A stretch of 49,055 nt of DNA, taken from a virus. Taxonomy: Duplodnaviria; Caudoviricetes. A program made the position numbers and the translations under genes. Below the pieces are notes generated by a model. It was given only the letters and a program-made list of their open reading frames with translations. It was not told the DNA's origin and did no database searches. Positions 11,201 through 20,658 of this stretch are shown here, piece by piece. The DNA lies in IMG/VR virus record IMGVR_UViG_3300046779_001940, positions 1 to 49,055 of that record. One strand, given 5' to 3'. Numbering within the stretch: the first letter of the stretch is position 1; the number at the start of each line of letters is the position of its first letter.

Positions 11201-11737
11201 ATCAGGAAAACCTTTAATTGATTCTTGCACTAATGCAAGCATACCTAATTTCTCAGTGTTCTTTTTAAGCATTTCAGCTGCAGAACGTTTTTGTATTGCG
11301 TCTGTATCTTCGCTTTTTAAATCTTGAACATACTGATTGATTTGGTATTTTTTTGCAATTTCAGCAGGAGTATATCCACCTTTCTTTTCTTTAAGACCAA
11401 ATACTCCTTCAAGAATTTCTTTGTCTTTAATTCTAAGTTTTTTTGTATCAGAAAAGATAAAAGAACCTTCAGGTATATTTACAGGCATTCCTCCTTTTGA
11501 ATGGCGTTTGCCAACAAAAGTAAAATGTTCTAAGAAACCATCTCTGTTGACATCGCCAACAACAGTCTCTCCACCTTCTACTTCAATATTTGCATTCTCT
11601 TCTGTAGTTGCCCCCATAGTATTTTTAACATTACTAGTGGTAGCACCTTCACCTGTAAACATCACATTTCTCCCAACTACTCCATAGTCAAGTTGATCTC
11701 CAGGTTTTGGTGTTTTTTTGATTCTTATCTTTTGCAT
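8294..11737 (-). CDS. crAss-like cargo protein (1147 aa)
   Basis: N-terminal ANIEVEGGETV...HSKGGMPV...FIFSD motif of the kind seen in crAss-like cargo proteins. Internal AKYGG/YPDGG/FAKGG motifs, Pro/Thr linkers and a Gln/Asn-rich coiled-coil C-terminus. Confidence 0.65.
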   Translation of the reverse strand: MQKIRIKKTPKPGDQLDYGVVGRNVMFTGEGATTSNVKNTMGATTEENANIEVEGGETVVGDVNRDGFLEHFTFVGKRHSKGGMPVNIPEGSFIFSDTKKLRIKDKEILEGVFGLKEKKGGYTPAEIAKKYQINQYVQDLKSEDTDAIQKRSAAEMLKKNTEKLGMLALVQESIKGFPDGIPAIAESVMAGMNPDLMQGQQEQEAQPMEQPTAKYGGSKKKYPDGGPVKYTPNTVIYLNGVPFRYVKHEDNWGWGTGDKITFKGEGKEGAGRTYVVNSEKLGEILDKSSQGKYAETGVAGDKYKRFYVGTTAANSPDYYSRNTTSKIKGQTFKPDDTFYAKGQQYKVIDANAAFQGRTSSYGASPTTGIPSSGGAAYDVPSIKVQKLDSKGQPVGNSFVLDPAIIINAISNNTFDFTGASQKSRVPSNAAVQDVDAYGNPKVAANPLQGTKVTIPGRTDFEYVKDGNQWKYYQKSTGMTGVVTNETSLANLNKQSGNATTTPRVNPPASTPPRTNTAPRPAAGSKPKTAQEALNYFAKGGSVLQEYEEAGQTGGPGDPPKNGTLNTTVGSQQQAQAAGNQRVDPNKEIFVGDITLEDGTVVKAYYKGNQKYVKDANGTILASATRTDTNFEQYGSGNINQILSKADNVLYTETNFGSFARQPNVKGTGIYLSSGNAAARKSGDLSPEEWADFQKRHGDWIETQYTGGFAQFQKDLRTDKATGDKAAAWFQDAVNEKSMKQFGVPYFAPLGSNKETNPYFRDSKFGQVTYSVPRFFDGPKPPEEPGQEMSYFCVEYTDGSKNVVSVSHKTGEAPVAPSGGNVKAVSAASKDRAVTEGQCISTPQKEFVKQPKKEGPWWLQDIVNYVGTMTDEVNRYAPSQGKVDLVTPGYDLLDPTRKLAANQEQMARFQSQIENTADGNVGLATTLGATGEGFANAANVLDATEAANIGIVNQAYGVNAQMQNQEILANENARQKYVEDMATLNQQYDNSLQQRKWRQIAAFNNGTTNWFRKKQMENVLFPQVYIDPILGDVDFSGQGRQILEEDGTGLAPDVYQNPAFGGGRGSVNPGYNPAAMTQTANAAWKQAYDEAVGTRGEESARKYADQVANTYLQTARQSPTWQQGFQNAYMSGMTMPGAFNATPWDDGE

Positions 11738-11779
11738 AATAAACTTATGAAGTTTAAACTTTAGTTGATGATAAACCTC

Positions 11780-11799
11780 CTACATTTAGAATTTACAAA
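11780..11799 (-). promoter_or_regulatory. Putative phage late-promoter motif
   Basis: TTTGTAAATTCTAAATGTAG on the minus strand, upstream of the 11737 start. Near-identical copies at 23041-23060 and 29481-29499, weaker copy at 36181-36200. Confidence 0.55.
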
Positions 11800-11841
11800 T
11801 TTAATTTGATTTTTCCAATTTTAGAAGGGTTTTTGTAATTA

Positions 11842-14439
11842 TTAATCAATGAATTCTATCTCTCCACCCATTGCTAGAATGCGTTTAATTTCATCTTCAT
11901 CTGCATAATATTCACCGCCTTCTTGATAGCCACGCGTTGCTGGAATGAAAGGTATCAATCCTCCAAATTTTGCAGAAGACATTTTTGTTCCAAAATCTTG
12001 AATAGGTGTGTTAGCAACTAATCCAAAATTTGAAGCAGGTCCTGCGTTCAATGTGTAGTTTCCAAAAGGATTCACAGCATTTTGAGGATTGTATCTTGCC
12101 ATAGTATTACCTACCTCTCTCATTCTTTGCTCATATTCTTTTTGATAATCTTTTGCGTCAAGAACTTGATTAACCATTCCTAGACCAGCAAGAGCATTAT
12201 TAGCTGCCACAATACCAATAGAATCCCCTCTATTAGAATAAGAAAACTTATTAGCTGAAGGAGAAGTCTGTCCTGGAGGATTTGAACCACCTGGAGTTTG
12301 CGCTACCTCAGTATTGCCAACACTTGTTGCTACTTCAGCAGGCCCTGCACTGTTTGTTACAACTGAAGGTTGTTGTTGAGCTGTTTCAGCTTTCCACATT
12401 TCTTCAAGTTTAGCTTGATCAGCTACGTTCTGCATTACATCAGGACGCATTGAGTTTTTAATAAACCAATCTTTAAACGTTGGACCACCTTCTTCATAAC
12501 TTCTTTTCATTGATCCCCCATACTTTGCCATTGTTTCAAAGTTTCTGTTTGTAGGCATGGTTCCATCATTAAAACCAGGAATTGCAGGAAGCATGTTATT
12601 TTTTCTATTCATCTCGTCAATTGGAGAATCTTGATAAAACTCAGGTGATGAATATTGTTTCATGAGATTGTTTTCTCTTCTTCTTTCTAAAACATCTTCC
12701 ATCTTACCAGATTCTTTTGTTTCTGCGTTAGTGATATAATCAGTTGATTTACCTTGTGAAAAAAGTTTTTCATATCCTAATGCTGCACCAGATAAAGCAG
12801 CAGCTGCACCAGCTACTCCCTTAATTTTACCAAGTATTCCTTTGTTTGGTAAAGCCCACATCATTGTTCTAGGATCTCCTAGTGTATTGGCCATTGCAAG
12901 CCCTCTGTTGACAGCATTATTCTCAAGTGAACTGATTGTACCTTTTTCAGTCTTATTCGTTCTTACATCGCCTGTAACGTAATCTGCGTAGTTATACATT
13001 GATTCTCCACCATCATCATATTTCATATTCTCAAGAATCTTTGCTTTAACAGCATCAGGAAGTGCTTGGAATCCAGCATTCTGAGGTTCTCCACCTTCAG
13101 CCCAAGTTCCAAATTTCTTATGCCAATATAATGGTGAAAATGGATCATTTGCTTTTGCAGAATCTTTACCACCCATTCTATCCCAAAATCTGTCTTTACG
13201 TTTCTCAGAACCATGTTGTTTAAAATCTTGCATTCCTTTCCAGCCACCATGTACTACTTTGTACTTATCACCTTTTTTAGCAAGAACCATCCATTTTTTT
13301 CCAGGACGTGTTGATTGTTTTTTAACACCAACTTTTGTAAAGCCCATGTTTTTATATCTTTCAGGAACTGTTCCTCCTGCAGCCATTTCATACATGTGAC
13401 CTCCAAGCTCTTTAGCAAAGTTTTTAGCAAAGTTTGCTTTCTTTACCATTGCTGGTGAATACTCTTCTTTGTTTTCTAAAATGTGTTGAGCTGCTTCTTG
13501 GACACTCATTCCCATTCTAGTAGCCTGAGCTTTAAATGTGCCTTTTTTTGCAGGATTGATTTTAATTCCTCCATACTTCATTTCACCAGCATCATCATCA
13601 AAAAACAAAGCATCATCTTCTTGAGAATTCTCTTCTTCTACTGCATCGTCTGGTTCAATATCTTCTTCATCTAAATCTGCATCTTCTTCCTCTAAATCAG
13701 CTTCTTCAATTTCTGTCATTGCAGAATTTATAATAGAAGATGCTTCTTCTTCTGATACACCTTGTTCTACAAGCATAGACATGATTTCATTAGGATCAGT
13801 ACCTCCTTCAATCATCATTGAAATTTCTCCTAAAGCATCTGTAATATTTGGTCCTTGTTGAACTGGTGCTTGTTCACCACCTTCTTCCATTTGACCACCA
13901 CATTCCATACAACCGCCCATTTCAGCTTTTTTTCTCCAGCCTCCACCGCGTTCTTTGTACCATTTTGCAGCAAATCCATTAGCATATGCAGAAGGATAAA
14001 CATCATATTTAGCTTTTGCAGCAGATTTTGCTCTACTCCAAAGTTCAGGGTTGGTAGGTACATTACCACCTTCTCTCATAAATTCCATGTCTGTGTATTC
14101 CATATTGTTATAAATTATACCTCCTTGATCTTTACGCTTATGTTGATAAGGTATTCTTTCACTTGAGGTTTTTGTTTTTTTAAATTTTTCTTTTTCAGCA
14201 CTGCTTAATTCTGATGCTGTTTTAGGAGTTTTGCTAGACACTCTTTTAGAAGGTCTGCATGCTGGATAACTTGCACGTTTTTCTCCTTCTTGTCTTCCAC
14301 ATTCTTTACCTGTTTTTACATCAACCCATTTCTCAGCAAACCATCTATCAAGACCTCCATGCTGACCTCCATTTTTCATAGAGAACTGCTCTTCTTGAGA
14401 GTTGATAAATTTTAAAAGAATATTATTAGCACCTTCCAT
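11842..14439 (-). CDS. Modular virion cargo protein (865 aa) made of small basic and acidic modules separated by xxxGG motifs
   Basis: About 15 xxxGG motifs (MKNGG, MREGG, MEEGG, MKYGG, MAAGG, WAEGG, YDDGG, AKYGG, YEEGG, AKFGG, YQEGG...). They flank Lys/Arg/Trp-rich modules and an Asp/Glu tract. Confidence 0.7.
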   Translation of the reverse strand: MEGANNILLKFINSQEEQFSMKNGGQHGGLDRWFAEKWVDVKTGKECGRQEGEKRASYPACRPSKRVSSKTPKTASELSSAEKEKFKKTKTSSERIPYQHKRKDQGGIIYNNMEYTDMEFMREGGNVPTNPELWSRAKSAAKAKYDVYPSAYANGFAAKWYKERGGGWRKKAEMGGCMECGGQMEEGGEQAPVQQGPNITDALGEISMMIEGGTDPNEIMSMLVEQGVSEEEASSIINSAMTEIEEADLEEEDADLDEEDIEPDDAVEEENSQEDDALFFDDDAGEMKYGGIKINPAKKGTFKAQATRMGMSVQEAAQHILENKEEYSPAMVKKANFAKNFAKELGGHMYEMAAGGTVPERYKNMGFTKVGVKKQSTRPGKKWMVLAKKGDKYKVVHGGWKGMQDFKQHGSEKRKDRFWDRMGGKDSAKANDPFSPLYWHKKFGTWAEGGEPQNAGFQALPDAVKAKILENMKYDDGGESMYNYADYVTGDVRTNKTEKGTISSLENNAVNRGLAMANTLGDPRTMMWALPNKGILGKIKGVAGAAAALSGAALGYEKLFSQGKSTDYITNAETKESGKMEDVLERRRENNLMKQYSSPEFYQDSPIDEMNRKNNMLPAIPGFNDGTMPTNRNFETMAKYGGSMKRSYEEGGPTFKDWFIKNSMRPDVMQNVADQAKLEEMWKAETAQQQPSVVTNSAGPAEVATSVGNTEVAQTPGGSNPPGQTSPSANKFSYSNRGDSIGIVAANNALAGLGMVNQVLDAKDYQKEYEQRMREVGNTMARYNPQNAVNPFGNYTLNAGPASNFGLVANTPIQDFGTKMSSAKFGGLIPFIPATRGYQEGGEYYADEDEIKRILAMGGEIEFID

Positions 14440-17400
14440 TATCTAGAACTATTTAGATGTTTTGAATTTGTCAACTTGAGAATCATTTTTTTATCTCCAC
14501 TTACATTTTTACGCAAGATAATTTTGTTACCATAATGTCTAAATTTCTTATGCTCAACTGGAGTTTTAAAATAATTCACATAGTTAGGATTAATTGATCT
14601 CTGATATCCAGAACATTTTGTAACCCACATAGGATCATCATTTCCTGTAAACTCACCTCTATCTTTTGTGACATCCCAGAATTGATTGAATCTAAACTTA
14701 TTCTCTTCCTTAGAGTAAAGAATATCAATTCCATTTGGACTTATCTGAGGATAGTTAACTAGATCTAAAGGATTGTTTTTTCCTTTAAGTTTCAATCTTA
14801 ACAATCCTGACATTTGCTCAGAGTTATGAATAATAGCTCTGTCAAAATTTTCATCTAAGATATGATTAAAATCTTTACCATCATTAAAGAATTTGTAAAC
14901 ATCTAATGTATACTCAACGCTTCTCAATGTTGTTACATTATTAGGAGTTACAATAGGATATTCAATTTCCCATGGATAGTCCTGCCCATAATAATTTGCA
15001 TAGCTGTCCCAACGTGAATTGTGTTTCCAAATACCTTTTCCTTTTACAGTATAGAAATGCTCATGTGAAGGCATAAGTAATTCAGGATGCCAATCATGAA
15101 AACTAATCCACAATTTCTGTTTTGGATCATAACTCACAGTCCAGTTGCAAGGTTCAAAACACTTAGGGTCATCATATGCACAAGGACATTTTATTGTAGA
15201 TGGTTGATTAACTATTACAGTTACTTCACACACATCTGTCAAGCCGTCTCTTTCAATTACTAACATGTATGTAGTAGTTGCTATTGGAGAAACAGTAATG
15301 TTTCCAATTGCTGATACTGATATGTTATTTGGTAATAACTGAACACTTGTAGGATTTCCTGTAACATTCCATGAAATGACAACTTCCTGACCAAGATTTA
15401 TAGTTGACAAGTTTGACGTAATGTTACAAACCATTTCTAATGGTGTAACTTCAACAGTAACTTCACATGTACTTGTATTTGTTCCATTTGTAGCTATTAA
15501 AATATATGTAGTATTTACAGCAGGATATACAGTAATACTTCCTGAAGTTGCTACAGTTCCAACTCCTTGATCAATTGATACAGAGTTTGCGCCAGTTGTT
15601 GTCCACGTAAGAACTAAAGCATCTCCTTGAACAATATTAGTATTGTCTGCAGAAAATTCACAGTTTACTGGGCAAGGCACATTTAAAATTTCATCAGAGA
15701 TAATGTTAGAAACAATACCTGTTGCTGAAATATTAGCAACACCTCCTGATATATTTGCATATACATCATGCAATGCTTGTATTGAAGTTGCACTTGGTCC
15801 TGTAACACCAACCCCTGTTGCAATAGGATATATGCGTACATCTTGGGAAGCAGCTTGATTAGCTAGTGCTGTGACAAATACATCGTCAGTTCCTACAGTA
15901 TACTGATCATTACCACCTGAAGGCAACGCATCTGTAATCATGACAATCATTTTGATTGCATTATTTCTAAATGCTCCAAGCTGTCCATTAAGTACACTTT
16001 GGATACCAAGATCTGTAGGCTCAGGTAATCCTACTCCTCCTCCTAATGTTACTGCGTTTAATGCTGCTTGGAAAGCTGTAAGATTATTTTGTGAAAATGT
16101 TTGTCTTATCACATTTAGTGGTCCTGAACCATTTTCATCAACAGTAATTAAAGAAAGTCTGTAATCATTGTTAGATTTTATAACAGCATCTGCTGCAATT
16201 GCTGCAATACTAGTTTTCAGATTTGTCAAGACACTTCCCATACTTCCAGTAATGTCAAGAACAAATGCCAAATCCAAAGGTGCTTTACATTCACTTGGAG
16301 TTTCTGAAAATAAAGAAACCATTTCAGAAGACATCATCATAGGATTCACATCTGAAGAAGGTGTGTCTGTATCAAAAGTATTACCACATATGTAATAAGG
16401 AACACCTGATGGATCATCAAAGTGTAAATCATCTCTTAAAGGAATGTAATCTTTTTTAGTAAAATATACTAACTCATACTGAGGGTCATAAATTGCCTGA
16501 ACACCAATACCTGCAACAGGGTTGTCATAAAGCGGATAATCAGGATACGCACGTAAAAGTTTAGATGGTAAGTTTTCAGCAAACCAAAACTTCATACCAT
16601 TTCTTGATATTTCGTCAAGACCACCTGAGTAATGCATAACTTTACCAGACTTCTGAGAAGCATAGAATAAACCAAAAGGAGTATTTACTGCAGACCTAGA
16701 AGAAATGCAAGATGCGTACTCAATAGTGTCATCAGCATTTGCAAGACTTTGCATGTTTTGCTGAAATAATCCACCATCACCAATGGTAACTTTTACTCCG
16801 CCTTTTGTTTGAAGTTGATCTACACCTACAAATTGTGTTGGTTCAGCATCTTCAAATAAAATAATTGCACCTGTACCATTTAGTGATTTTATTGTACTGA
16901 TTTTTCCTCCAAAATCTTTATAGTTAAGAGGTAAGAAGTTTCTCCAGTTATCTCGTTTAAGACCTGACTGTTGCTGAAGAGAGTACACGGCACGATTAGG
17001 GTAGTACTCAAAACATGTTGTGTATAAGGTTGGGTCATAGTCCCTTGGAAGTATCTGTCCCCAGGTTGCAAAGTTGTTGAACAACTTGGATGTGCTAAGT
17101 GATAAATCATATTTATTATAGATTGGTTTTGTTATCAAATCAGATCTAAACATAGTTTGCTCATCATTGAATGAGTTACCATATACGTCATAGAACTTCT
17201 GAAAATCTTCTTCACCGTAATCTCTAAACGCCATGTTTAATTCAGACTCAGTATAAAAGTCTCTAATTCCATTATGAAATAAATAAGCAAAGCAATTTCT
17301 TAGTGTCCACGTTCCTGTACCGCCAGCTCTATCCATTCTGTGAAAATCACTTGGTGTTGTAAAATTTACACCACTGGAAAGACTAATGCTTACATCAAAA

Positions 17401-20285
17401 TCTGTAACATCAAATTTGTCAAAATTAATCCAATATCTAGGCACAGGACCATTTACATAATTTCTATAATCATAGTCTGTTCCATTAGGCATGTCGTACA
17501 TCCACGTGTTAAAAAACATGAATGGATTTTTCTCAGTATACCTGTTTATGTAAACATCACCTCCAAATATTGAAGATGTGCTGTATGGAGTATCAATTTG
17601 AGGTTGAGTACTGTAAATACATGAATCTGTAGGAAGCTGCACAATTGAAGACAATTGTCCATATTGATTTTGAAAATCAACCTTTAAGGCTCCATAATAA
17701 GCAACAGTATTTGTCTTAATAGAATTTGCAGTAGGATTTGAACGACTAATGCCACCATCTTGAACTCTGTGTTTTGTATTATCAGTAGTTGATGAAGGAT
17801 TAGGCAAATCTGCTGTAAGTTTTATTGCTACGTACTTGTTTCTATTTAAGTTATTAATTCTGTACGTTGCGTCAAAATCATGTATTCCTGATCCAATATA
17901 TTTAGATCCACTACTTGCAACCTTTCTTCTAAATGCTTGAGCATATCCACCTGGGACTGCAGAGTTTGAAACATTTGAGTAACTATCATAAAAACCATGA
18001 CTATTATACTGAAGCATGTACTGTCTTTCTTTACCAAGCTTTCTGAATATATCCAATGCTTGATCAGTACCTTGTCCCCAATAGTAAGCACCATTTGCTA
18101 TCATTAACGCAATTCCCGCAATTGATGCTGCAGCGTTACCTGCTCCAAAACCTGAAGCACCTGATGTAACACTGTACGCTGTCAAATCTCCAATAATTGA
18201 AGCAGGACCTGATTCTTTATGAACTTGAGTACCTCCATAGTACGCGCCACTTCCTAAAGCTAAAACCCAAGGAGCAATTTCTGAAGTCAATGTTGTTTTA
18301 CCAACAGAGGCAACAAGAGCAATACCTAATCCAATTACACCTGCTGCAATAAAAGCACCATCTGTAAGAATTACATGTTTAGGATGTTTATGTGGAAACT
18401 CAAATTTACCAATTACAGTCCCTCTTTCTTCAGTATAAACTTTTACATAATTGGAACCTAAGTAAGGTTTTACAAAGTTTGTTTCTACAGAGTGGAATGA
18501 AAAGTAATTCTTTTTGTGAGTATTAAGTTTAGATGCAGATTCCACACCAGACTGACTTCCTTTACCTTCATCTAGAATAGAGAAATCATTACTCAAAAAG
18601 TTATCAGGTCTAATATCGTTATAAGGATAGTTTTGAAACAATCCTTTTCTTCCTGTACTACCTTGAATATCAAACTCAAACATGTTGTTAAAAAGTCCTT
18701 TGGCAACAATAGATCTGTTACCTTCTCTAGAACCTCTTAAAATTTCATATCCAACAATGTCAGCAATAGGTACAAGATTCTCATCTACAGGATGTTGAAT
18801 ATTTAAAAATTCAACTCCTAAGTTGATTATGCGATCACCACCTTGATTGTGAATATGAATTGTTTCATTTGAAGGCATTTTGTGGTGTCTAATTTTTTTA
18901 CCACACAATGTGCCCCATACTTCTGGTTTGTCATCAGGATATTCTTCAGTTGATTCCCAATATGCCATATCACCTTTGGCAATAATAACTCCTCCATCTG
19001 TTGCTGTACCTGACGCTAAATATTTATTTGAAGTATCATATACCTGCCATGCTTGTGTTTCTGTAGCATACACAACATCTGTTCCAGAAACAGGTGCTAA
19101 ATCTGATGCTGTTGCTACTCTACCAGGTATATGGAAAGAAGCACTTCTTGCTCCTGTTTTGTAAACCCATCTAATAAAGAACGCATACACTTCATCACGC
19201 ATGTATCCTGTAACATTTCCTCCTCCATAATAATAATCTGAAGGATACTCTGCAGCAACCCATTGTACTTTAATATCATTAGCTTGTTGCTGATAGTTAA
19301 AATATGGTTGCGTTCTTAATCCTGTTCTAATTAAATATTTATTTACTGAGTGCATTTTTTCACTCACATCATAAACAACTGACTTTAAAGGAATTACAGC
19401 AAGTTCTACAGTTGGTAAGCTTTGGTTGTAAATATCAAGATGAACATTTTTCTGACGAATTGAATAATTACCAATTTTCTTAGCAATTGTTTGCTGATTG
19501 ATTACAGCAATAATAACTAACTCATATTCTTCAAAATCCTGATCAAGGTTCTCAACAGTTATGTCAAGCGAACCTCCAATACCAGTATGATCCCACAGTG
19601 CTTGTGGTGAACTTGGAATTGAGTAATCTGTAAGTCTTATTCCATTTTCAGAATAAGCAACAGTAGCCATGTAACTACCATTATTTAATTGACCAGCACC
19701 TTGTGCTTTTTTTACTGTAACACATGGTTGAGTAACAAGAGGGTGCAATCTTAATGCATCACAGTCTAACTCATTAGTATATTCAGGAATAAAACAATCA
19801 GGATCTTGCGATAAGTTATTACCTGTTGTTTTATATGGTACATTGTTTAAGTTTAAAACTCTGTCAGGATTAAGACCATCTGCAAAATATACAGAATCAG
19901 TGCAATCATAATTTCCTTTTACAATTGCTGATATAAGATGTGTTTTTCTAAAACCTAAGCAAGGATCATTTACAGTTTTTTTGTAACTGCAATCTTTCTC
20001 ATCAAATACTCCTATCTCAGAAGAAATATTATCTGTAGAAAAAACAACCCAGTTTGTCTCACCTATGTGAGCAAAACCTATAATTTCATATGTAGCCTCT
20101 GCACAAAACTTGTTTGAAGGTTCATTTCCAATTGAACCTGTTTCACCATAGTGTGCATTGTTTATAGCATTTACAGCATTTGTCCACAAACCTTCAGAAA
20201 TGTAGATATCAGTATAGTCTTTGACCATACCTTTGTTGAAAGCGTTAACTTTCGCTGTACTAGTATTTGTAAAGTTTTGGCTCAT
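14439..20285 (-). CDS. Tail stabilization/muzzle protein (P22 gp10-like, crAss-type) with an inserted VWA domain and two Ig-like repeats
   Basis: N-terminus (FNKGMVKD...AVNA...GSIGNEPSNK) and the YMRDEVYAF, GYEILRG, FGGDVYI and WTVSYDPK...WISFHDW motifs fit the crAss muzzle family. The insertion carries LDLAFVLDITGSM...ITDA (VWA/MIDAS) and two LTWTT/ISWNV...TTYxL beta-sandwich repeats. Confidence 0.8.
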   Translation of the reverse strand: MSQNFTNTSTAKVNAFNKGMVKDYTDIYISEGLWTNAVNAINNAHYGETGSIGNEPSNKFCAEATYEIIGFAHIGETNWVVFSTDNISSEIGVFDEKDCSYKKTVNDPCLGFRKTHLISAIVKGNYDCTDSVYFADGLNPDRVLNLNNVPYKTTGNNLSQDPDCFIPEYTNELDCDALRLHPLVTQPCVTVKKAQGAGQLNNGSYMATVAYSENGIRLTDYSIPSSPQALWDHTGIGGSLDITVENLDQDFEEYELVIIAVINQQTIAKKIGNYSIRQKNVHLDIYNQSLPTVELAVIPLKSVVYDVSEKMHSVNKYLIRTGLRTQPYFNYQQQANDIKVQWVAAEYPSDYYYGGGNVTGYMRDEVYAFFIRWVYKTGARSASFHIPGRVATASDLAPVSGTDVVYATETQAWQVYDTSNKYLASGTATDGGVIIAKGDMAYWESTEEYPDDKPEVWGTLCGKKIRHHKMPSNETIHIHNQGGDRIINLGVEFLNIQHPVDENLVPIADIVGYEILRGSREGNRSIVAKGLFNNMFEFDIQGSTGRKGLFQNYPYNDIRPDNFLSNDFSILDEGKGSQSGVESASKLNTHKKNYFSFHSVETNFVKPYLGSNYVKVYTEERGTVIGKFEFPHKHPKHVILTDGAFIAAGVIGLGIALVASVGKTTLTSEIAPWVLALGSGAYYGGTQVHKESGPASIIGDLTAYSVTSGASGFGAGNAAASIAGIALMIANGAYYWGQGTDQALDIFRKLGKERQYMLQYNSHGFYDSYSNVSNSAVPGGYAQAFRRKVASSGSKYIGSGIHDFDATYRINNLNRNKYVAIKLTADLPNPSSTTDNTKHRVQDGGISRSNPTANSIKTNTVAYYGALKVDFQNQYGQLSSIVQLPTDSCIYSTQPQIDTPYSTSSIFGGDVYINRYTEKNPFMFFNTWMYDMPNGTDYDYRNYVNGPVPRYWINFDKFDVTDFDVSISLSSGVNFTTPSDFHRMDRAGGTGTWTLRNCFAYLFHNGIRDFYTESELNMAFRDYGEEDFQKFYDVYGNSFNDEQTMFRSDLITKPIYNKYDLSLSTSKLFNNFATWGQILPRDYDPTLYTTCFEYYPNRAVYSLQQQSGLKRDNWRNFLPLNYKDFGGKISTIKSLNGTGAIILFEDAEPTQFVGVDQLQTKGGVKVTIGDGGLFQQNMQSLANADDTIEYASCISSRSAVNTPFGLFYASQKSGKVMHYSGGLDEISRNGMKFWFAENLPSKLLRAYPDYPLYDNPVAGIGVQAIYDPQYELVYFTKKDYIPLRDDLHFDDPSGVPYYICGNTFDTDTPSSDVNPMMMSSEMVSLFSETPSECKAPLDLAFVLDITGSMGSVLTNLKTSIAAIAADAVIKSNNDYRLSLITVDENGSGPLNVIRQTFSQNNLTAFQAALNAVTLGGGVGLPEPTDLGIQSVLNGQLGAFRNNAIKMIVMITDALPSGGNDQYTVGTDDVFVTALANQAASQDVRIYPIATGVGVTGPSATSIQALHDVYANISGGVANISATGIVSNIISDEILNVPCPVNCEFSADNTNIVQGDALVLTWTTTGANSVSIDQGVGTVATSGSITVYPAVNTTYILIATNGTNTSTCEVTVEVTPLEMVCNITSNLSTINLGQEVVISWNVTGNPTSVQLLPNNISVSAIGNITVSPIATTTYMLVIERDGLTDVCEVTVIVNQPSTIKCPCAYDDPKCFEPCNWTVSYDPKQKLWISFHDWHPELLMPSHEHFYTVKGKGIWKHNSRWDSYANYYGQDYPWEIEYPIVTPNNVTTLRSVEYTLDVYKFFNDGKDFNHILDENFDRAIIHNSEQMSGLLRLKLKGKNNPLDLVNYPQISPNGIDILYSKEENKFRFNQFWDVTKDRGEFTGNDDPMWVTKCSGYQRSINPNYVNYFKTPVEHKKFRHYGNKIILRKNVSGDKKMILKLTNSKHLNSSR

Positions 20286-20644
20286 TACTCTTTAATGTTG
20301 TATTTTTTCTGACGTAATACTCTGTATATTTTTTCAGTTAAATGTCCTACCAACCATGCAGTTGATTCTTCATCTTTGATATTAATATCTGTCAATATGT
20401 TAGTTGCCAAGTGGTATATCTCATGAGAAATTAGATTAGTACTTAACTTATCTTCTACATATACAATATAATACTCAGCCCCTTTTGGACCATTCAAACT
20501 AAAGACACACCCATAACTATCAGTAACATCAACAAACGCGTTTGCTTTTTTGTCCAAATACGCCTGCATGTGATCTATTGTAGGTACTACAAATAGATTA
20601 ATTACTGTTTCATAAATGGGAAGTGATATCCTTTTCTTAAACAT
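20285..20644 (-). CDS. Small HExxH zincin-like protein
   Basis: ISHEIYHLA motif plus a downstream EESTAW third-ligand-like Glu; 119 aa. Confidence 0.55.
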   Translation of the reverse strand: MFKKRISLPIYETVINLFVVPTIDHMQAYLDKKANAFVDVTDSYGCVFSLNGPKGAEYYIVYVEDKLSTNLISHEIYHLATNILTDINIKDEESTAWLVGHLTEKIYRVLRQKKYNIKE

Positions 20645-20658
20645 ATCTCCACTTATTA

